Origin: Spirogloea muscicola
Lineage: Eukaryota
DNA length: 64,000 nucleotides
Assembly (NCBI GenBank): GCA_009602725.1
Contig: WELB01000032.1
Location: 298,636-362,635 of the forward strand
Direction of reading: 5' to 3'
The first letter of the stretch is position 1; the number at the start of each line of letters is the position of its first letter. Shown one piece after another: positions 51,855 to 64,000 of this stretch. The notes under the pieces were generated by a model that did no database searches, was not told where the DNA came from, and saw only the letters and a list, made by a program, of their open reading frames with translations. A program made the position numbers and the translations under genes.

Positions 51855-52383
51855 CTGTCTTGAGCACACAGTAGCAATAATTTGAGACCTGTCAACTAGC
51901 TTTTACCATTTTTGCTCAGGACAATAGACTAAGCACATGTACAGATTAAACCATGCACCGAATAAAGCATCTGAAAATTATTAGCTGCTGCCAGATCAAC
52001 ATCAAGGGCCATTTCAAGATTGAGAGAATCAGTCCTTCAAGATCGAGGTGCCATGCGGCATGCTTGCAGCTCATGTTCTATACAAACGGTTGCATCAGCA
52101 AGCAATGATGGATGTGAGTGACTTGGTATCGAAGCTACCAGCCTAAGGTGGTCACTTCTGCATTCAAGGGTACTACTCCTTTAGACAAAAAGGGCCATCG
52201 TTGCTTGTTGACCTTGGATGCTGAGGGATTGTCTGAAGATCCCAGTGCTGCTTCGACCTTGCAATTCTAAGTAACCTAAGTTGCAGTGTACAAGGGTTGT
52301 TGCTTCCTACTTCTAGGCTTGGACTGGCAACAGATGGCCCTGTGCTTGCGATGCCCCAACCTGTAAGAGGATCAACAGGTGGC

Positions 52384-54227
52384 TTACTCGTCCTTCCTCG
52401 ATGAAAGCTGCACAAAAGGCAAGAGTAGTATCAGTCATGCTGCAACTACATGTGCTGCACGTTCTCTGCTTCAGCATATCTTGCATAACATGAGGGCTGC
52501 AAAGACGACCTGTGCAGTTGCGCGGGAGCCCCAAAGCTTAGGAATGAGATTGGCGACGGCTCGAGAAGGGGGTTGCCTCATCAACAGCACGCGTTGGGTC
52601 CAATCCATCAGCTCCGGGGTGAGCAGTCGATATGGTAGCCAAGTCGCATACCAGGCAGGCACCACAACATAATGCTTGCGTTGCAATGACTGCTCTACCA
52701 AGGAAGCTGCAGCTGTGTCTGTAGCCATCATCGGCCACCACTTTGGTATATGATCCTGAGTAGCAATCCAACAAGAGCACAAGTCGATCAGAATCATCTG
52801 CAGCTGTGACGAAAAGGCTGTTGGGACTGATGCGCTTGCTTGGAGGCACCTGACTTACAGGGGGGGCTCGGCTTGTCAACTCGGACGTGATAAACCCTGG
52901 CAGTAAGATGGTAATAGCTATATCTGCACCAATTGGCTCTGCTCGAAGAGTGTCATAGAACTGAATGAGACCTGCCTTCACTGCCTGATAATCAAAAGAA
53001 TGCATCAATGTCAATCCCTGGCCAATTCTGGGCTCAGCTCAACGTGGACACAAGCAAGAAGTGGTCGGTCTGAACTTGCAACCACATTGTGCACGCAGAC
53101 AGACTTTGTGGTCTCACGTTGTACAGAGACTGGCGAGGCATGGTAGTAAAACCTCCCACAGATGCCGTCACAACAACCTGTCCTCTGACTTTCCGAAGGT
53201 GTGGCAAAGCATACATGGTAGGAAGTATATTTCCCCACAAGTCGACATCCTGGAATAAGCTCACGCGCAAACAGAGCAACTTAATTGCTGAGAAAGAAGG
53301 TGCACATGCTACTTCTGTTTTCATGGCAGGCTCAAGAGCCTAGTACATGAAGGCAAAGTGGAGGTCCTGATTGTCAGGACTTGAATAGACGGGCAGGCGG
53401 GTCCAGTGAGCTGTTTTGGTCAACAATATGACAAAACGAGAGGCCAAAGCTGGAGTCCAGCAGCTTTTACCACTGTCTTTTGGAAGTCTTCCACGTCCTT
53501 ATAGTCTTCAAAGAGGCCACTCTCTCCTGTCCCTGCATTGTTCACCAGCACATCCACTGGCAGGCGACCGCACAGAAGTGAGAGTTACAATCATATGAGA
53601 GCATCATCGCATCTTTTCAACGAACAGATCTTCAATTGCCTTCCTGTGACGCACAAGGAGTGCGAAACAGACATCGATTGAAGTGATGGAGCGATGTCTC
53701 GATGATGGACCGGCAGTCCGACTCCTTTGAGACATCGGCCTTGCAGACAACAGCAGAAGGGGATCCAAGTTGCTGGCAGTGTTCAGCCACTTCCTGGAGC
53801 TTCTCCAGCCTCCGTGCTGCAAGTACTAGCTTCGCTCCTCGCTTTGCGTATTCGTAGGCCATACCCTACAAGGAGACACCACCCAGTTCAGTGGCTACCA
53901 TTGTCACGTATCATGGGGTTGAGAGAAGTGGACCTTGTGACAGTGAGCCACCTTCAAATGAAGACGAATTTGGTTAGTCCAGCAGGAGGAAAAGGCTCCT
54001 CCTGCTGGACGATAAGGAAGAACGGAGGGGGAAGGGCTGAGCGACACCTTGCCGATTCCGGATGATGCGCCGGTGATGGCTACGACCTTGCCGCGGATGT
54101 CGGTGAGGGCGCCTCCGAAGAGCCAGGTGGCGAAGCCGAAGAGCCACGAGGCGAAGGCCACAGGCAGGAGCAGGGCTAGGAGCAGCGGGAGCAGGGTGGC
54201 GTCCAGGAGGAGCGAGAGGAGCGCCAT
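52384..54227 (-). CDS. 11-beta-hydroxysteroid dehydrogenase-like SDR (steroleosin-like); last exon uncertain
   Basis: Hydrophobic N-terminal anchor; GKVVAITGASSGIG; VDVLVNNAG; YxxxK motif as LYN|AVKAG; FYDTLRAE; LPGFITSEL. Confidence 0.88.
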
Positions 54228-54344
54228 GGCGGACGGGCCCGGCGACCGGCAGCGGCGGAGGGCCGGGGGGGGGCGGAGTGGGGGCTTGCCTGCGCTGGAG
54301 CATGCATGTGAGCTCGGGCCAGCCGAGGCTGGTAGCTCAGCAGC

Positions 54345-56500
54345 GCCTTCATTTCGTATCTTTGGGCTGGCCCCTCACTGCCATTGCCTTACATTGGAAG
54401 AGCTGTTCCTTTCTTTCTTGGGGGCGGTTCCCGTTTCCCGCGTCACACTGTTACTTTAGCCATCTTAGCATAGGGCTTCATTTCATGTAGCCCCACATTT
54501 TGCATTGTTTCTCCCTTGTATTAGCTTGAAAGAAACAATGTATTAGCTTGAAATGGCCATCCTTTTTTTTCATTCGCACTGCGCGCCTTCTCTCTTCCTT
54601 CTCCGTCATTTTGGCCCCTTCGAACCTTTGTCAATGCTTTTCGGGCTGGCTTCTCACAGCCCTTGCCCCCGTTGGAAGTCACTTCTCTTTCCCTTGGTAG
54701 CACAGAGAGGGAAGGGCTCGCCCACTGAGGATAGGGGCTGGAAAAGCCAGCCCAAAAAAGAATGAACAAAGTACGAGAAGGGGGCCAGGGAAGCGCTAAG
54801 GAAAACAAGCACAACAAGCACAACAACACACGCAGCTACGTATCACTCAGTAACCCCTGCTAAGCAGAGAGGAAGAAGTGGCTCTCCCAATGGGGCCAAG
54901 GGCTGTGAGAAGCCAGACCGAAAAAAATTGACAAAAGGTTCGAAGGAGCCGAATGACGGAGGGGGGTAGCCAGGTAACGAAGCGGTTGGAGCAGCTGAGA
55001 CACCGAAACCCTTGTGCTGTGCTTCTCATTGTGACGGCGGCTTGCCCGCGTCGGGCCACCTAGGCAAGCCTCCAAGTGGCGGCGCCCGGGCTCCACTCCC
55101 CGCCCTGTCGCCGCGTGGCGGCACGAGGCCCCCTGATACTCTTTTTCTCTTTCCGCTTTATGTAGCCCAACTTTTTACATTGGCTTTTTGCCTAAACGGT
55201 GCATCGGCTAAACCTGGCCACCCTCGTTTCATGAGCACTGCGCGCCTTCTCTCTTTACCTGCCTGGAGGAAGGCGCGTTTTCTGCCTAAACAGCGTATTG
55301 GCCTCAAATGGCCTCCCTTCCATTCCATGCGCACGGGGCGCCTTTCTCTGACGCACCAGGCCGCCCTCTTTCCTAGACTATGGGTCCGTCATGAACACCT
55401 GTATGCATCTGGCTGGCCTTTTACAGCCGCTCTTTTAATACCAGCAGCCGCATACCTTTTTTCCCCTTTCCTCCCGCGCTCAGTTCTTCCTGCGGACCTT
55501 ATTCCTTTGTGGCCTTTGAGGCCGCTGCTTAGCTCGTAGTTTAGAAGAAGTGGCTCTCCCAATGGGGGCAAGGGCTGTGAGAAGCCAGCCCGAAAAGAAT
55601 TGACAAGGTTCGAAGGGGCCAATAGCTGTGAGAAGCCAGCCCGAAAAGAATTGACAAGGTTCGAAGGGGCCAATAGTTTGGCCCCTTCGAATCGGGAGAG
55701 CCAGTTCTTCTTCTTCTTTCTTCTTCTTCTTCTTTGAGGCGAGTGAGGCTTCCTCTCGCTGCGGCCTCCGGCTTTCGTCAGGGGGATAGTTTACCGGCAG
55801 CTAGTCTGTCGGATGTGAGGCTCCTCACTCGTAACTACTAAGCGGTCCATCCTCCCCCGTTCTGCCATAGCCTCGTCAGGCCCCGCAGTCGCTGCTTAGC
55901 TCGTAGTTTGGCCCCTTCGAACCTTGTCAATTATTTTCGGGCTGGCTTCTCACAGCCCTTGCCCCCATTGGGAGAGCCACTTCTTCCTCTCTTCGCAGGA
56001 TTCTCGCTTCTTCGACACGCTACCTTGGCTGCTAGCTTCCACAGCTGTTTACTTTTCTTGCATTGAGACCCTTCGGACGTTGACCACTCTTTTCGGGCTG
56101 CCCTTGTTTGCGGAAAAGAGAGAAAGCTCTTCAGCTTTGCTATGCCTCCCAACATCGTGGAGAGAAGGGGCTCTTCAACGAAAGCTTGGAAAAGCAGTGC
56201 TTCCAAACAGCTCTTTCGTAAGGTGACGGCTGTCCAGCCCAAGAAGAGAAGAAAGGGCTCGCCCATCCCTTTGAGGATTGGGGCTGGACATGGAAATGGA
56301 AAGAAGAGAAGAAGGGCCCCGCCCATTGAGGATAGGGGCTGGAAAAGGCCAGCCCAAAAAAGAATGAGCAAAGGACGAGAAGGGGCCAGGGGAAGCACTA
56401 AGAACAACGAGCACAAAAATGAAACGAAGCAGCTACGAAGCACTCAAAAACCCCTGCAAGAAGAGAACCCCCCAAGCGGGGCGAGGGCTGTGAAGACTCA
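54345..56500. mobile_element. Mixed-orientation stack of retroelement 3' ends in the SDR/MATE divergent promoter
   Basis: A copies (+ 54605-54690, - 54870-54960, - 55540-55675, + 55752-55990), C copies (- 54710-54868, - 56310-56460), D-type ends (about 54540, 55205, 55295) and a (CTT)n tract at about 55704-55735. Confidence 0.85.
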
Positions 56501-57080
56501 GCCAACAAAATAATTAACAAATGTCCAATCTCGGCAGCAGCCTCCTCGCTTCCTGCCACGCCTCGCCCGTCGCGCACTCCCTTCCTCCCGCCGTCGCCGC
56601 CGCGGCGGCGACGGCGGCAGGCCCGGCAGCCGCGCCCGCGCCCGGGCCGGGCCCCCCCCTCTAGCGGGAGGCCCGGAGCGGAGCCCTGCTCGGATGACGC
56701 GGGAGATCGTGCGCACCCCCGGCCTTGCGCATGGCGATGGCGATGACGGTGTCAGCGGCGGGGATCGTCCCGGTGCGTGACCAGCACCTGGCGCTTGAGT
56801 CTGGAGCTCCGCCGGCACTGCAGTCTAGCGCGCTGGCTTGCGAGCAGCAGTGCGGACGATCCTCAGGCTGCAGCTGCAGACTGAGGATTCCGACCTCGTC
56901 AGACCAGCTCAATCACCGCCATATGCCGCGGGCAGCGCGGCGCGCGGCCGGGCTTTGCACAGCCTGCTCGAGCCATCTATCCAGCGCGCCAGGCTCGCTG
57001 CTACCCGATGCCACTCGGCCATTACCTGTGCGACCTTCCTGAGCTTGCCTTCCGGCTCTGTCGCCTGTGCGGCGGCAGAC

Positions 57081-59890
57081 ATGGCGCCAAACGGCTCCTT
57101 GCTCGCCTACGCGCCAGTGGAGAAAGCGGCGGCGGCGGCGGCTGTCGAAGCGCAGGAGGAGGATGATCATGAGCAGACAGCTGGGCTCGCGACGGCGCTC
57201 CCCTTGCGGGGGGGTGTGCCGCGGCCGTCAGAGCTGCTCGGCGAGTTCAAGCGGCTCTGGGCGTTGGCGCTGCCCATCGTCTGCATGTCCGCCTTCTCCT
57301 TCATGCTCGGCGTCATCTCCGTCGTATTTGTCGGCCATCTCGGTGCGCTGGAGCTCGCCAGCTCCGCTGTTTCCACAACGCTCACCAACGTCACTGGACA
57401 CTCCATCCTGGTGCGCTGGGCGTGCGTGCCACCTCCCCTCACGCCACACATTTGCTACAAAACGTCACAGGACCTGTTGCCGCTGAGCGGCAACAGCAAT
57501 TGCAATGCTTGCTGATGGGGTGCCTTACCACCCCTGCGATCGCATGGCCAGGTCGGTCTGGCGAGCGGGATGGAGACGCTCTGCGGGCAGGCCTTTGGGG
57601 CAGGCCAGTTGATGCAGCTGGGCGAGGTGCTTCAGCGCGTGTGTGTGATGCTGCTACTAGGTTCTGTCCCGATTGCCGTGCTGTGGACCTTTGCCGATCC
57701 CGTCCTTCGCCTCCTCGACCAGGTGCAGGCTGCGCTCGTGCTTCTCAGGCATGTGCCTCACTTACGTCGCTGCCTCAAAATCGCAAGCAAGGCGAAATCA
57801 TCACACCGTTGCCAACTTGGATGACGCAGTGGCCGATTGGAAAGTGCTAGCTGCTCAATGTTTCTCATGAACTTAAGTCTGTGCCACAGTACGTGGAAGA
57901 GTCGTTGCTTGTTGCAAGGGCCTCTTGTTCGAGCCTCCGCAGCACCCTCTTCTTTTGCTCAGGAGCCGAGTATAGCTCGCATGTCGGGGGTGTACATACG
58001 CGGCCTGCTCCCAGGCCTCTTCATCCACGCGCTCTCTGAGCCGGTCATGAAGTACCTCCAGGTCCAGGGCCGCATGTTCCCGCTGGCCCTCTCTGCGTCA
58101 GCGTCTTTCGCGCTGTGCATTCCCCTCAATTGGCTCCTCATCTACGGCGTCAATCTCCGCTTCTTGGGTGCTGCCATCGCCCAGACCATCTCGTACATTG
58201 TCGACTTCAGCGTCCTCCTTGCATACATCCGCTACTCCGGCATATATAAGTAAGTGTCCGTGCTTCATTGGGGTCTCGCCGCCACGATCGCAAGGGGTGC
58301 TAGGCAAACACACGTCATCCTGATGAATTAGGAGTCTTCACAGGCCCGCAGGCAATGTGCACCCACTTATCAGGCCCTTGCTTATACTGATTGAGTTGCT
58401 ACATCTTGGAGCAGGGAAACTTGGCCAGGCTTGTCTGTGAAGGCCTGCTTCTCTCAGTGGGGGCAGTACGCCGTGCTCGCACTGCCGGCCATGGCCATGA
58501 TCTGCCTTGAATGGTGGTGCTTTGAGATCCTTCTGCTCCTCGCAGGGCTGCTCCCTGATGCAGAGCACCAGGTTGCAGCGATGACCATACTCTTCAATAC
58601 CATCTTTTTGGCATTTATGGTCACTTTTAGCCTGAGCGATGCAGCCAGGTTTGCCTCTATAACCCACATGTGACTGTGACATGCTGTAGGTCTACCTCAG
58701 CTTTTGTCTTAGCTTCTCCTGTCTCTTTATATCTTACAGAGTCCGTGCACATGGGCTGCTCTGGAGCAAGTGCAGCACTCTGACCGTCTCGCCTTGAAGG
58801 AGCAATAATCAGATTATGCAATGACTGGATTTGTTAATGCAATGTCCACCTTGCAGCACACGGGTTGCCAACGAGCTGGGAGCTGGCAATGCCAGCCGTG
58901 CCAGGCTGGCCACGATCACAGCCGGCATTGCCGGCCTTGGCGTAGGTGTCTCTCTGAGCTCTGTCATAATCTATTTCAGAAAGGACTGGGGTCTCATCTT
59001 CACTTCTTCATCAGAGACAGAGGTCATCCAGCTTGTGGCAGACCTCATCCCCCTTATGGCACTCCTTGTAGCTGGGAGCAGCGTTCAGGTGGTCTTGGCA
59101 GGTAGGCTTGCAACAACTACGCCACTTTCTTTTGACCTCTGTGTCACAGTACTTACAGCTCATCAGGCATCACCAAGATTGCTAGTCTTGGCTTGAAGGA
59201 GCACGCTGTGTTGTGGGATGGCTCGACCTCATGCTGTCGCTGTTGTCGCACATATCAGTTTCAGGCTTGCTGTTGTGTGTTGCAGGTGTGCTCCGTGGAA
59301 CTGGTAAGCAGTTCACTGGGGCTGCTATAAACCTCGTTGCCTACTACTGCTTTGCTCTGCCGATGGCGTGCTTGTTGGCCTTTAAGCTGCACCTGGGCAT
59401 TAAGGTAAGCCTCTCCCGACTGCATTCAGCAGTCATATCAGGTGACAAAGATGCAGATGTGGTCTTCGATTACTGCCTGCCTGGTAGCTTAGAGAGCTGA
59501 CTTTGCACGAATCAGGTGGATTGTGAGGACAAGCAGGAGGGCAGCAGTGCTCAATCAGATTAAAAACCTCCATGCTCATATTATATCTCTCAGCATTCGG
59601 ATTGAGTTTGAGGAGCCCTGACATTTTGGGCTCGGGGAGTTTGTGCTCGACATGACTCTGAACCCAGTTGCTCTGTCGTGCAGGGGTTGTGGCTTGGCGC
59701 GATGCTGGGGGACTTTGTGCAGGTGCTGGGCATCGGCTCGGTGGTGTACAACATGGACTGGGAACAGGAAGTGCGCACTGCGCGGCTGCGGGTTGCGGGC
59801 AAGGAACCCACCGATGCTGAGCAGCAACCCCTAGTAGCTTCTGCGGAACAACTGTCTAGTGGGGCTAGTGAAGCCCAAGGGCTCCGCTGA
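57081..59890 (+). CDS. MATE/DTX family efflux transporter, multi-exon
   Basis: EFKRLWALALP; VFVGHLGALELAS; GMETLCGQAFGA; KYLQVQG; ALPAMAMICLEWWCFE; TRVANELGAGN; GVLRGTGKQFTGAAINLVAYY; GLWLG; DWEQE. Confidence 0.93.
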
Positions 59891-60944
59891 GTGAGAGTGA
59901 AATTGGCCACCTCTGACTGCAGGGCCCTTTCAGGTTTTGCCGTGTTAAGTCGTCAAGCGTACACGACAGGCGAGTGTTGACCTATTTGCGCAGCTGATTT
60001 GTCAGACACTCACCACACAAATCTCAACAGGTTTACCCGCACAGAGCAATGCAGCCCCGCTCCAAAGAGCCGCTGAGTAGCTGGCATGGCCGAAGCTTCG
60101 GTTGCACATAGCTCCTGTAGCAGAATGTGATCATTCTTTGCCAAATTGTGGCTTGCACCACTGTACTCTGCTCCGCATCAGCAGCGAAAGACAGCCCAAG
60201 GACAGGCTGCAGCGAAAGACAACCCAAGGATAGGCTGCGGCTGCTCAACAGAGGTTACTACTGAAGCAAGCCATTATGTTCCCAGAGGAGCATCTCTGAT
60301 GGGACGGAGCATTTGATGTCATACCATGCACTTACGCATGGCTATGAGTAAGACAAGTTGGCTGTTTGCTGATTTCGAAGCCACCCGGGAAACACTTTCG
60401 AAAATTAGGTCGGATCACCGGTAGTCAGATCGCTGGCCGTGCAGACCTCATGTTGGCAGCAGTAGCCTATAGGCAGATGGAGGTGGCAGTGATGGAGGCG
60501 GGCAGAAGCTACGGAAGACAAGCGGGTGCTGGGGGCGCTTGGTGATGAGCTCCATATTGGTGACGACGCCAGGGCGTCTCACAGTTTATGTGGCCGATAA
60601 TGAAGGGCCGCTCGGATGGCCGAGGCACTCTGGATGCCCGCACTTAGACGGTAGTGCTTGCGGCGGTGCAGTGAGACGACGATGGGCTGCGCTCCGTCCC
60701 TAGGAAGCAGAGCGCGGGTGAGGAGGCGACCCCACTCTGGCAACCAGAGCTGCCGAGTCACGGCCCAGCAGCAGGAGGTGGGCGGCCGTCCTCGAGCAGC
60801 GCACGCCGTGCCCCAGCGCGACGAGGCTCGCCAGTTCGCGACGGGCACAGCCCTTTCCGAGCGAGGCGGCGCAGCGCGGGTGGCTGTGGAAGCAAACAGC
60901 AGCCTGCTGAGTGCAAAAGAAGAATGCGGCTGCTGATATTGAAA

Positions 60945-63350
60945 GAGCGGCTGTGAAAGCCAGCCAGATGCATACAAAGAGAAAAGGAAGCTCTTCCAAC
61001 TTAAGGTAGTGGCTGGGAAAGGCCAGCCCAGAAAGAATGGACAAGGTCCGAAGAGCCGAAAGGCGCCTAAACCACACAGCTATGCACGAGACTGCAGCGG
61101 AGGGGAGCTTAGTGACCCCAACAGAGGGACTTAGAAATGTATCTACACCCTGCAAAGCCGGAGGCTAGGCTAACATAGCCCTCACAGTGCCCCCGCATCT
61201 GCAGTGGAAATTTAAATAAGCTGGGGTTCCGAGAAAAACCCCGCTGCTCTTGCCAGACGAAAGGGCTCGTGATAGGGGCTGGAAAAGCCAGCCCAAAAAA
61301 GAATGAACAAAGGACGAGAAGGGGCCAGGGGAAGTACGAAGAACAACAAGCACAGAAACGAAGCAGCTACGAAACACTCAGTAACCCCTGCTAAGCAGCC
61401 TCAGGTCAGAGAGACTGGGTTCCTGGAAGCGGGTCCCCTGGCCAGAGCCAGAGGCAGCAGCGAGGGCTCTGCCTGCACGCAGGTGCAGCGCCAGAGGCTG
61501 CAAGGGCACGACCGGCACGGGGTCCAGAGCAAGCTATTGGAATCACCGGAGGAAAGAAGTGGCACTCCCAATGGGGGCAAGGGCTGTGATAAGCCAGCCC
61601 GAAAAAGAATTGTAAAAGGTTCGAAGGGGCCTCCGGGGGTTTATGTAAAGATGCATTCGGTAGCACGACATAATCTCAAAAGCACTGAGCCACCAAAGAG
61701 TGCCGCATGCTGCCCGCGGCCCCGCTGGTCAGCTTGAGAGGCCAACCGGTAGGGGGAGGCGAGTCGCCGTAGCCACCAGACGCCGCACACACCGGTCCGC
61801 ACGGAATGAAAGGTCCAGAAGAGACGGCAAGCGGATAGCATGCAGGAAAAGAAGGAATCACAATGATGGCCCCTCAGTCACCCCTTGACAGCAGCCGCAA
61901 GTCGGGAATGAAGCAGGAAGTGTAGAAAGAGAATCCTGTCTGTCAGGAGGCAATGGCTGTGGAAGGCCAGCGGAGGTGCCCAAGCCTTGGACCTTGTCCA
62001 ATCCTTTTGGGCGCTGGCAATGGACGTGCACCGGGCAGTTGGCAGTTGGTAGCAGGACCCCCTGCAGCAGCTTGCGCAGTGGGCCATTCAATCGTCGTCA
62101 AGGACAGCGAGATGAGCCGCCCAGCTTCAATGCCGCCGGGTCGCTCGTCCAGGTGTTCCGCATGCATGGATCTCCATCATGTCAGCGATCGGGTCATGCA
62201 GTGCACGTGCGGGCAGGCCGCGCTCTAATTGCTGCTTTTGGGGTCGAACCGGGTGAGAATTCAGCTGCTATTTACCCCGACTTGAGGCTGCTGGACGAGG
62301 CCGTGCGGATAATGCTGGAAGAAGAAAGACTCGTCCAGTAGAGGGCGATGGCTGTAATTGGCCAGCCCAGAAGAGGATGAACAAAGTTCGAAGAGGCTAG
62401 CGCACGTGATCGCATGCGCCCCTCCGAATGCCTCCAGCGATCTATGGCCCACGCCCTGCATCTGCGCGCTGGCCGTGCTCTAGCTGCAGCCACTGGCTTT
62501 CGTCAAGGAAATTGCAGTCCGGCGGCTACTCTTTCTGACTTGGGGCCGCACTCTGATCTGAGGAAGAGAGAAGGCGCGTGTTGCGCTTGAAATAAAAGCG
62601 TGGCCAATTCAAGCCCATACATTGTTCAGACAAAAAGTACTGCGAAGAAATGGGGGCCTTGTCAACCCGTCCTACGACCACTTCTGGAGCTGCGGGAAGA
62701 GTGGGGCAGCAACAGTGGCAGGAGGGATGGCAGGTGTGGGAATGAGGGCCCGGAATGCCGATGAGGGCCTTGAAGACCTGTCCTTCATCCACTTCTGGAG
62801 CCGGTAGAGGAGCAGGGCAGCAGCAGTGGCAGGAGGTTGGCGGAGGGGGGAAGGAGAGCCGGAAAAGCCGATGAGGGGCCTTGACGACCCGTCCTGCGAC
62901 CAGCTGCTGGAGCTTTTGGAAGTGATCATCCTCGGGGAAAGCTTTGCTTTGGGGGAGCGCGTTTTGGCCCCTTCGGACCTTGTCAATTCGTTTCGGGCTG
63001 GCTGTTCACAGCCCTCAGCCCCCTTTCTGGGCTGGCTTTTTCAGCCCCTATCCTCAATGGGCGAGCCCTTCTCCCCCTTTCTCTATGGGCGCGCACTTCT
63101 TCTTTGAGCCACTTTCTTGGTGCCGTCGGGACACAGCGCTTCAGGAAAGCGCTTCAGGAGGATCACTCCTCTCCCCCAGCAGAGACGAAGAAAGGGCTCG
63201 CCCATTGAGGATAGGGAAAAGCAAGCCCAAAATAGCAGGAACACAGTACGAGAAGGGGGCCAGAGGAAGCGCTTAGAAAAACAAGCACAACACGAAACAA
63301 AGCAGCTACGTAGGAGATGGGGCGATGGCTGTGAGTGGCCAGCCCAGAAA
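60945..63350. mobile_element. Stack of retroelement 3' ends and degenerate fragments
   Basis: C copy (- 61260-61490), A-type (- 61555-61630), a degenerate RLE C-terminus at about 62020-62300 (FNAAGSLVQVFRM), a fragment at 62410-62525, hairpin modules at about 62996-63105 and a C 3' UTR (- 63190-63310). Confidence 0.8.
62652..62915. repeat. Degenerate tandem repeat, unit of about 110 bp, about 2.3 copies
   Basis: GGGCCTTG..(A/C)C(C/T)GTCCT..(A/T)CCA..CTGGAGC recurs at about 62653, 62765 and 62876. Confidence 0.7.
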
Positions 63351-63754
63351 AGGGGGAGATCCGACCGGGAGGAGAAGCTGACGGCGCCGGGCCAGTGAGC
63401 GGCAAGGCATCCCGCCGGCGGCTGGGCGAGTTGCCGCGCACGCGGTTGCCGCGGCGCCGCGTGGCGCCTTGGCACGCGCGTCCGTGCCACGCGGCGCCCC
63501 TCGCGCTCCACGTGCCAGGCCGAGCCGCCCGCCGCGACCGATGGCCGGCAGGCGGCGCCTGCGGAACGGCAAGATGACGGCGTGCCGTCAAGCAACGTTC
63601 TGCCCCGCCACCAGACCCGCCCACCGCCAGCGGCCCGCTTAGCACGCCGCAACTCGCGGCGCGCCGCGCGGCGCCGGGCTCGCCGCCGTCTTTGCCGTCG
63701 CCGCCGCCGCCGCCGCCGTGCCAGCTGAGAGCGCGCCCCGCCAACGCCGCGGGC

Positions 63755-64000
63755 ATGGCGTCCCTGCCAGCCGTCGGCGCTGCGAGCGCCGCGAAGCTGC
63801 CGCACGACCACGTCCTGCCCTTTGGCCTGCCAGGTACCCCACTTGCGTCCCGCCCGCCGCCACCGCCGCCGCCGCAGCGCCGGCATCCGCCGGGACGGGC
63901 TCCTCCTGCGGCGCGCGCAGCCATGCCCTTCGCAAGAAACCCCACTCCACGCTGCGTCCTCTGCTGCAGCCCTCAGCCGTTCGTTGGCGCTGGACGGCTT
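63755..64000 (+). CDS. Possible first exon of a gene running out of the window
   Basis: GC-rich (GCC)n island like the other gene 5' ends; ATG in GGCATGG context giving MASLPAVGAASAAKLPHDHVLPFGLP, followed by a CAG|GTAC donor. Confidence 0.3.
   Translation, partial: MASLPAVGAASAAKLPHDHVLPFGLPGTPLASRPPPPPPPQRRHPPGRAPPAARAAMPFARNPTPRCVLCCSPQPFVGAGRL

Overview
Gene-dense eukaryotic DNA with GT-AG introns and plant-type genes; a streptophyte alga or early-diverging plant is inferred from gene content. Fourteen intron-containing genes are recognisable: DDI1, a C1orf52/UPF0690-like protein, an ANP32-related acidic protein, a class II TPS, UTP6, RPS16, RPL13, a DnaJ-type Zn-finger protein with a TIGR02450 insert, an MBL-fold hydrolase, a TPR/DUF4604-like protein, TMEM33, ELP3, Whirly and a steroleosin-like SDR. 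A MATE transporter and one unidentified gene are also present. Most genes sit in head-to-head pairs with very GC-rich 5' ends. The most striking non-genic signal is a set of at least five divergent families of one CRE-like (restriction-like endonuclease) non-LTR retrotransposon. Their 5'-truncated 3' ends are stacked and nested almost exclusively just upstream of gene starts and are absent from convergent 3' intergenic regions. The families share a C-terminal ...L(T/S)RGY* peptide, and most share a 3'-UTR hairpin or possible pseudoknot and a (CTT)n tail. A degraded 4.1-kb copy (37680-41779) is inserted into another family member with a 7-bp target-site duplication (TSD). Two N-gaps with homopolymer runs are probably assembly artefacts. 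All calls are by eye; no database searches were run.
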